Part shown: positions 59,079-64,000 of the stretch, one piece after another
How the letters are laid out: every line of letters starts with the position of its first letter
Position numbering within the stretch: the first letter of the stretch is position 1
Origin: an uncultured Spirochaetota bacterium
GTDB taxonomy: Bacteria > Spirochaetota > UBA4802 > UBA5550
Assembly (NCBI GenBank): GCA_963827275.1
Contig: CAWHAA010000009.1
Span: 96,001-160,000, forward strand
Length of the DNA: 64,000 nucleotides
Direction of reading: 5' to 3'
Notes under the pieces: generated by a model
Databases searched by the model: none
What the model saw: the letters and a program-made list of their open reading frames with translations, nothing else
What the model was told of the DNA's origin: nothing
Translations under genes and position numbers: made by a program

Positions 59079-60353
59079 TCACTTTGAAGAATTTCGAACG
59101 TATCGCGCCCGTGTGGCGCGGATCTGTCGTTCAGGGACACTTATTGTACCCTTCGGGGTTAGTATACTATAATTTTTTCCCCTGTGGAGAATAATGCCCT
59201 CTATCACCTTGCCGTTATACAGGCTCACGGTATGGATGTGGCCGTACCGCGCCTTCATCTGTTCCAGCGTCGTCCCGGGCTTTGTCATGGCGCCCATGTG
59301 AGGCTCAAGGAGGTCAAGCAGTTCCGCTTCGCTTCTGGTTCCTATGCCTTGTACGATGGGAATTTTTGAGACAGCGCCAAGCGCGCGGGTTTCCGCGTCG
59401 CTTATCTTTCTTCTCTTTTCACTGCCGGTAAAGACCGCAGTCGTGCCGGCGCGCACCAGGGTCTCTTTTCCTTCCCCGGCCGCCGTGGCGCCGACAGCGC
59501 CCCTGCGCACCGCCAGGACCGCGCTCCCCGGCGTATACCTCACGCTGAACTCGGTGCCCTTCACCGCGGCTACAATGGTGGGCGTCGCGATCGTATATGA
59601 GGCGTCCCCGGCAAGCTTTTCCACCTTCGAAAGGATTGTTCCCCTGCCGATGAAAAGCTCGCGTTTTGTCCTGTCCAGGACCGACGTCATGGTGACCGCG
59701 GAATTCTCGGCGATCTTGATGACGATCGTTTCATCGACCTGCACCGTGACAAGCGAATTCGCCCCTGTTGTAATGGTGTCCGCGTCATTGAGCGCGAGTT
59801 TGACGGCGGGGGCGGCAGGCTTCCCGTTGTGGACCACTGTGATGCTGCCCGCGAAGAACGTTATGTACGCGGCGCCGGGGTGCGGTTTGAGCGCCTGGTA
59901 GAGGAGGCCGGAAAGGACGATGGCGGCGGCAGCCGCTGCGGCGAGCGGGAAGAGCATGCGCCTGCCTGGCGCGGGCTTCCGCCCTGCTGTCAGGGCCCGC
60001 GCTTCGTCAAAGGCCCGGGCGATCACGTCCGACGGGGGCCGTGATTTTTCTGCCGCCCTGTCCGGCAGGAGAAGCGCGGTCAGTTCGGCCGCCCTGGCGC
60101 GGCACGTCGCGCATTCGGCCATATGGCGGAGGGCGCGATCATATCCCCGGGAGTCTTTTTTCAGCTCGATAAAGGCGGCCATCTCATTGTCCGTGAGACA
60201 GCGTGCGGTGCGGCCCCGGACCGCGTCCGCCGCCCTGGCCTGGTCCGCGCGCCGGGCGAGGGCCCTGACCGCGATCCGGTCAACCGGTCCGCCGGCCCCG
60301 GCCGGTTTCCGTTTTCTGTCGAGGAGCGCGTTAATATAGCTGTCAATTCCCAT
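59079..60353 (-). CDS. Anti-sigma factor: zinc finger (HxxxCxxC), TM helix, FecR domain
   Basis: HMAECATC; TM helix; D.ITTGANS and TPTIVAAVKGTEF (FecR). Confidence 0.85.
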   Translation of the reverse strand: MGIDSYINALLDRKRKPAGAGGPVDRIAVRALARRADQARAADAVRGRTARCLTDNEMAAFIELKKDSRGYDRALRHMAECATCRARAAELTALLLPDRAAEKSRPPSDVIARAFDEARALTAGRKPAPGRRMLFPLAAAAAAAIVLSGLLYQALKPHPGAAYITFFAGSITVVHNGKPAAPAVKLALNDADTITTGANSLVTVQVDETIVIKIAENSAVTMTSVLDRTKRELFIGRGTILSKVEKLAGDASYTIATPTIVAAVKGTEFSVRYTPGSAVLAVRRGAVGATAAGEGKETLVRAGTTAVFTGSEKRRKISDAETRALGAVSKIPIVQGIGTRSEAELLDLLEPHMGAMTKPGTTLEQMKARYGHIHTVSLYNGKVIEGIILHRGKNYSILTPKGTISVPERQIRATRARYVRNSSK

Positions 60354-61029
60354 GGCGCGTCTCCTCCAGCAGCTCTTCAATGTTCCTGCGGACCGGGGTG
60401 TCGATAGAGCTCCTGATTGTATTAAGGATTTTTGAGAACAGGTACTTTGAATTATCGATGCCGAGGGTTTTGTCGATCTCGCGGAAGCTCCTGCCGTCCT
60501 CGATCCTGAGCCGGAAGATGCAATGGTCCAGGACGTCCAGCCTGCCGACCTCCCGGGAAATCATGTCCGCCGCCTGGGCGACGAGCGCCTCCTCTTCGTT
60601 CCGTATGAGCTGGAGCGCAGGATCGCCGGCGAACAGGTCCGGCCCCAAATCCTCGGAGGAAAGGCCCCGGAGCCTGTCCGTGTCGTCGATTGTGGTGGTC
60701 AAACGCTTCTTTCGTATCTCGGAACGCAGGTAGTCGATGGTCGCGTTGCCGCACAGTACCGTCAGGTATGTCTTGAAGGAAGACCCTCCCCTGAACTGGC
60801 GCACCTTTTTGCAGTTGTTCTCCGCGAGCTTCATAATGACATACCCGTAGCAATCGTTCGTGTCGTCTTCGGAAAAACCTGCTGATTCCATTTTGGTCCG
60901 AACGATTGTATAGATGTATTCGCCATAGGCGCGGTATATGCGGTCAAGGACCTCGGTGTCAGAGAGTGATCCGATCTCTTCCGGGCTGTCAAGGGACCCG
61001 GGATCTGTATGGGAAGGGTTCTGTCGCAT
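60343..61029 (-). CDS. ECF-type RNA polymerase sigma factor
   Basis: F.GGSSFKTYLTVL...IDYLR (region 2); G.SFREI...LG (region 4); overlaps the anti-sigma start. Confidence 0.88.
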   Translation of the reverse strand: MRQNPSHTDPGSLDSPEEIGSLSDTEVLDRIYRAYGEYIYTIVRTKMESAGFSEDDTNDCYGYVIMKLAENNCKKVRQFRGGSSFKTYLTVLCGNATIDYLRSEIRKKRLTTTIDDTDRLRGLSSEDLGPDLFAGDPALQLIRNEEEALVAQAADMISREVGRLDVLDHCIFRLRIEDGRSFREIDKTLGIDNSKYLFSKILNTIRSSIDTPVRRNIEELLEETRHGN

Positions 61030-61635
61030 GGCCTGGTAAATACTGATGAATTGCTAATGAATGATAGTATCGCACTCTTGAAAATTACAGGCCCCCTGTC
61101 AAGATATAATTTGCGGTGGGACCATGACACGGCTGCCGGATGGCTCCGATGCTGGCGTTTTTTAGCGCGGGCGAGGGACGCGCGTCCCGGGCTGTTATGA
61201 TTTGCACAGGTACAGGTTTGCATTGCCGCGACCCTGGCGTATGGTAGTGTTTATGGTGTTCGACGGATGCCGTCTCTGCCTGCCGGCCGGAACCCTGGCA
61301 ATCCGGATGAGCTGTTTCATTGCGTGGCCGATAATCAGCACCAGCATAATAGTGCTGCTGGCCAGCGTCAGCATACTCCGTTCCAGGTACCGGGTCCCCG
61401 CGCCGCGCTTTTTCCTCCTGGCGGGCGTATGCCCGGGCGCCGCGTTGCCGGAATCGCAGCAGAGCCGGAGACTGTTTTGCCGCGTTTTCGCCTCTGCGTC
61501 GGCCCACATCGAAAACGGGGCGCTTCCCTTCGCGTGATCCGTATTAATCAGTATCAGCGACATATCGGTTGTACCCCCACTGGCATTCAGATCCGGTCGT
61601 GGTGGCGATGACCGGCGGGGCAAACGGCCCCGTAT

Positions 61636-61673
61636 ATACTATTAGACGACGCTGCGGGCGTAATGGGAAAATT
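61636..61673 (-). promoter_or_regulatory. Candidate ECF promoter TTTTCCCA-N13-GTCGTCTAATAGTAT
   Basis: Second copy with identical spacing at 62710-62745. Confidence 0.65.
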
Positions 61674-61804
61674 ATTCTTTAGAGTGCGTCCCAAAACCCG
61701 GGGCGCGTTCTTATTGAAATCGACTGGCATGAGAAAGAAACGGCCGGTCTGCTCACTGCAAACCGGCCGTTGATTAAGGCAGGATACAATGCGGTTTATG
61801 CGCA

Positions 61805-62593
61805 TCAATTGTTAAAGAGAATCGGGGATATGTTCACGGATACGATCGGCAATTCAAAAGCGAACGTATCCAGCACCGTTATCCCGTTTGCAGCATACAC
61901 GGTCACGTTCGATTGAAGCGTGGTCGGTCCGACCGCCGTTGCGACAATGTCCAGTGACTGATGATAATCCACCACCGTGCCGCTGAAGACATCGACATCC
62001 CATTCAAAGTTAAACGTTCCGGCTCCCGTTGCGGGGCTCCAGTCCGAGAAATCGAATTTCCAGTCGACCTCCTGCACCGGGACATTGAACTCGCTGTTCT
62101 TTTCATTCATATAATAGTAGCCGCTTACCAGCCCGTTTTCGTCCATGGCGATATACAGGTGGTCCTGGTACGAAAAGTCGGTCACCATGTCTTTATAGGT
62201 GATGGTCAGCTGATACTCAAACGCGTTCGCCGGCACATCCCTGCGGATCTTCAGTGTCATGCTGAACCCGTGCACATCGACATAGTGGTTGGTCCACCAT
62301 CCTTCCAGGTCCGGACCGCGCCATACGCCCCGGTAGGGGTTAAACAGTATGGCGCCCGGCGCCAGCGGTTCCTCAATCTCTCCCTGTACCACGGCCCTGC
62401 CGCCTATGCCGAGCAGCGACGACTGGACGACCTGGGCTTCCGAAGCCATTGCCGCGGCGTTCTGGCTCATGCTCGCCATCAATAATGCCATGTTCGTGGC
62501 TTCCTCGTCGCTGTATATGTTGTTCTCACAACCGGCGAGCGCGCCCGCCATGATAACGGCTGAAAGGTAAATGAGTATTCTGTTTTTTTTCAT
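61805..62593 (-). CDS. Hypothetical lipoprotein
   Basis: LAGC lipobox; GGGAGGG RBS; beta-rich body. Confidence 0.8.
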   Translation of the reverse strand: MKKNRILIYLSAVIMAGALAGCENNIYSDEEATNMALLMASMSQNAAAMASEAQVVQSSLLGIGGRAVVQGEIEEPLAPGAILFNPYRGVWRGPDLEGWWTNHYVDVHGFSMTLKIRRDVPANAFEYQLTITYKDMVTDFSYQDHLYIAMDENGLVSGYYYMNEKNSEFNVPVQEVDWKFDFSDWSPATGAGTFNFEWDVDVFSGTVVDYHQSLDIVATAVGPTTLQSNVTVYAANGITVLDTFAFELPIVSVNISPILFNN

Positions 62594-62709
62594 GAACAGA
62601 CCCTCCCTGAAAAATTTAATTTATAAGACCCTTTAACCCTCATTCTCCATCAAACGGACCGAAAACTCCCATTTGATAACGTGAAGATCGCCTTTTCCTG
62701 GCCTTCAAC

Positions 62710-62745
62710 ATACTCTTAGACGACATGAGGATTGATTTGGGAAAA
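62710..62745 (-). promoter_or_regulatory. Candidate ECF promoter TTTTCCCA-N13-GTCGTCTAAGAGTAT
   Basis: Matches 61636-61673; ~115 nt upstream of the lipoprotein start. Confidence 0.65.
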
Positions 62746-62780
62746 AATTTTACTCTGACACCCTCCCGGCCGCCGAACTC

Positions 62781-62803
62781 CCCCCTGTCCCCCGAAGGGG
62801 GCA
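62781..62803. repeat. REP-like element CCCCCTGTCCCCCGAAGGGGGCA
   Basis: 22/23 identical to 48182-48204; sits 28 nt upstream of the DUF559 gene. Confidence 0.75.
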
Positions 62804-62831
62804 CGAATGAAGAAACTTTTTGTAGGGTAAT

Positions 62832-63323
62832 ATGAATAAAGGTATTAAAACGCCTGACTATGTTGTGCAGCTGGCAAGAGACATGAGGAATAATCTAACC
62901 GCCAGTGAACATTTATTATGGGAGAGGTTGAAGAGAAAACAGCTTGAAGGATATACATACAGATGCCAGCATCCGATATATCGCTACATCCTTGATTTTT
63001 ACTCTGATGAAAAGCTTCTGGCGATTGAATTGGATGGCGATATTCATAATGAAAGATAAGACTATGATGAGTATCGTGATGAATTTATGAAGAGTCTTGG
63101 GATAAAAAGATTGCGATTTGACAATGATGAAGTCGTGAAAAACATCAATTCAGTTATAGATAAAATTATGTTAGAACTGATCCTGCAGCTCAATTGCCAT
63201 CTAAAATTCCTCGATTTAAAGCGTTTTGATGAAGAACGGAACAAGCTGTTGTGGGTTTCGGCGTGGTATGAGGTCAAAAGGAATACTGTATCAATTTCTG
63301 GATTGAATGCCTTTTTTGAATGA
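62832..63323 (+). pseudogene. DUF559 (Vsr-like) endonuclease with in-frame TAA at 63057-63059
   Basis: ARDMRNNLTASE..LW..L, RCQHPI..YILDFY, IELDGDIH*; continues in frame as DEYRDEF..LGI..LRFDN. Confidence 0.82.
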
Positions 63324-63372
63324 TTTGAAAGTCGGGCAAATGTATGGACCAGTTGCCCGACATGTTGTCAAT

Positions 63373-63705
63373 TTAATCTTTTTCGTTGCTTATTACCCGA
63401 TCAGCCTTGCCTGTTTTCAACGGTATGATTTTACGATATTCGCTCTCCCTGGCCTTCATCGCGTCCCACAGCTGAACATCGGTCTGGAGTCCCATCCAGA
63501 ATTCAACTGTTGTGTGGAAGAGCCGGGAAAGGCGTATCGCGGTGTCCGGAGTGATGGCGCGTTTCCCGGAGATGATCTCATTGACCCGGACCCTGGTTAT
63601 GCCGAGACGCTCCGCCAGCTGCTGCTGGGTAAGTCCGAGCGGCTCTATGAATTCATATTTCAGGATTTCTCCCGGAGGTGTGGGTCTTCTATTCTTTGGT
63701 AACAT
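63373..63705 (-). CDS. higA: HigA family antitoxin (HTH)
   Basis: PPGEIL..EF, LTQQQLA, RAITPDTAIRL, FWMGLQ. Confidence 0.93.
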   Translation of the reverse strand: MLPKNRRPTPPGEILKYEFIEPLGLTQQQLAERLGITRVRVNEIISGKRAITPDTAIRLSRLFHTTVEFWMGLQTDVQLWDAMKARESEYRKIIPLKTGKADRVISNEKD

Positions 63706-63721
63706 AGTTGTGCTCCTTTGC

Positions 63722-64000
63722 TCAATGATATTGAACGAGCTCGACATTATAGGCATCGTGTTCCCTGAATTCAAAACAGAGGCGCCATGGTCCGTTTATC
63801 GATATGGCCCACTGTCCCTGCCGGTCGCCAGAAAGGGGATGAAGCCTGTTCGATGGTGGCGCACTAAGGTCAATCAGGTCGTATGCCCTGTTAAGCATGT
63901 CGAGCTTCCTTGAATAAGGCGATCGGCAATTTCAGACGGCACCTTTTTGTTGCGGCCGTTGTTCCAGAATTCCTCCAGCCATTTATGCTTGAAATGCCGT
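63722..64000 (-). CDS. higB: HigB (RelE-type) toxin; 5' end off the window; one frameshift near 63912
   Basis: Manual translation: FKHKWLEEFW...RL / RKLDMLNRA..LIDLSAPPSNRLHPLSGDRQGQWAISINGPWRLCFEF...VELVQYH*. Confidence 0.88.

Noticed and set aside
63057..63059. Recoded stop in DUF559
   Set aside because: The codon is TAA, not a Sec or Pyl codon; a nonsense mutation or base error is simpler.

Overview
Chromosomal window from an anaerobic bacterium with GC-rich genes and AT-rich intergenic DNA. The lipoprotein, FecR and small-domain repertoire suggests Spirochaetota, but that is inference. In order it holds: (1) a TetR-associated fatty-acid beta-oxidation locus (two acyl-CoA dehydrogenases, tandem SCP2, two acyl-CoA ligases, thiolase) with three copies of a palindromic operator; (2) an AlgI/AlgJ-type O-acyltransferase pair; (3) a ~25 kb formate/H2 region with hypB, hypF, a selenocysteine formate dehydrogenase (UGA + SECIS) and its NuoEF-like partner, an OFA-family antiporter, a group 3d NAD-reducing [NiFe]-hydrogenase (hoxFUYHW), twin receiver proteins, DRTGG/CBS-kinase genes, a histidine kinase and hypADEC; this region is interrupted by a low-GC cassette with an exosortase-EpsI gene and a very small PEP-CTERM substrate; (4) two paralogous 23-aa hydrophobic peptide genes, absent from the ORF track, flanking an AidB-like dehydrogenase, plus a 20-bp tandem repeat; (5) GT2, SDR, RNase P RNA, sppA, a ZnuABC-like transporter, motAB and a GGDEF protein; (6) an ECF sigma/anti-sigma/beta-barrel/surface-lipoprotein cassette with a repeated candidate ECF promoter; (7) a DUF559 endonuclease with REP-like repeats, and a higBA toxin-antitoxin pair. 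Several genes carry frameshifts that are probably sequencing errors. The best candidates for undescribed systems are the twin micro-peptides with their shared upstream motif, the mini PEP-CTERM peptide/exosortase cassette and the ECF signalling cassette that has no adjacent TonB-dependent receptor.
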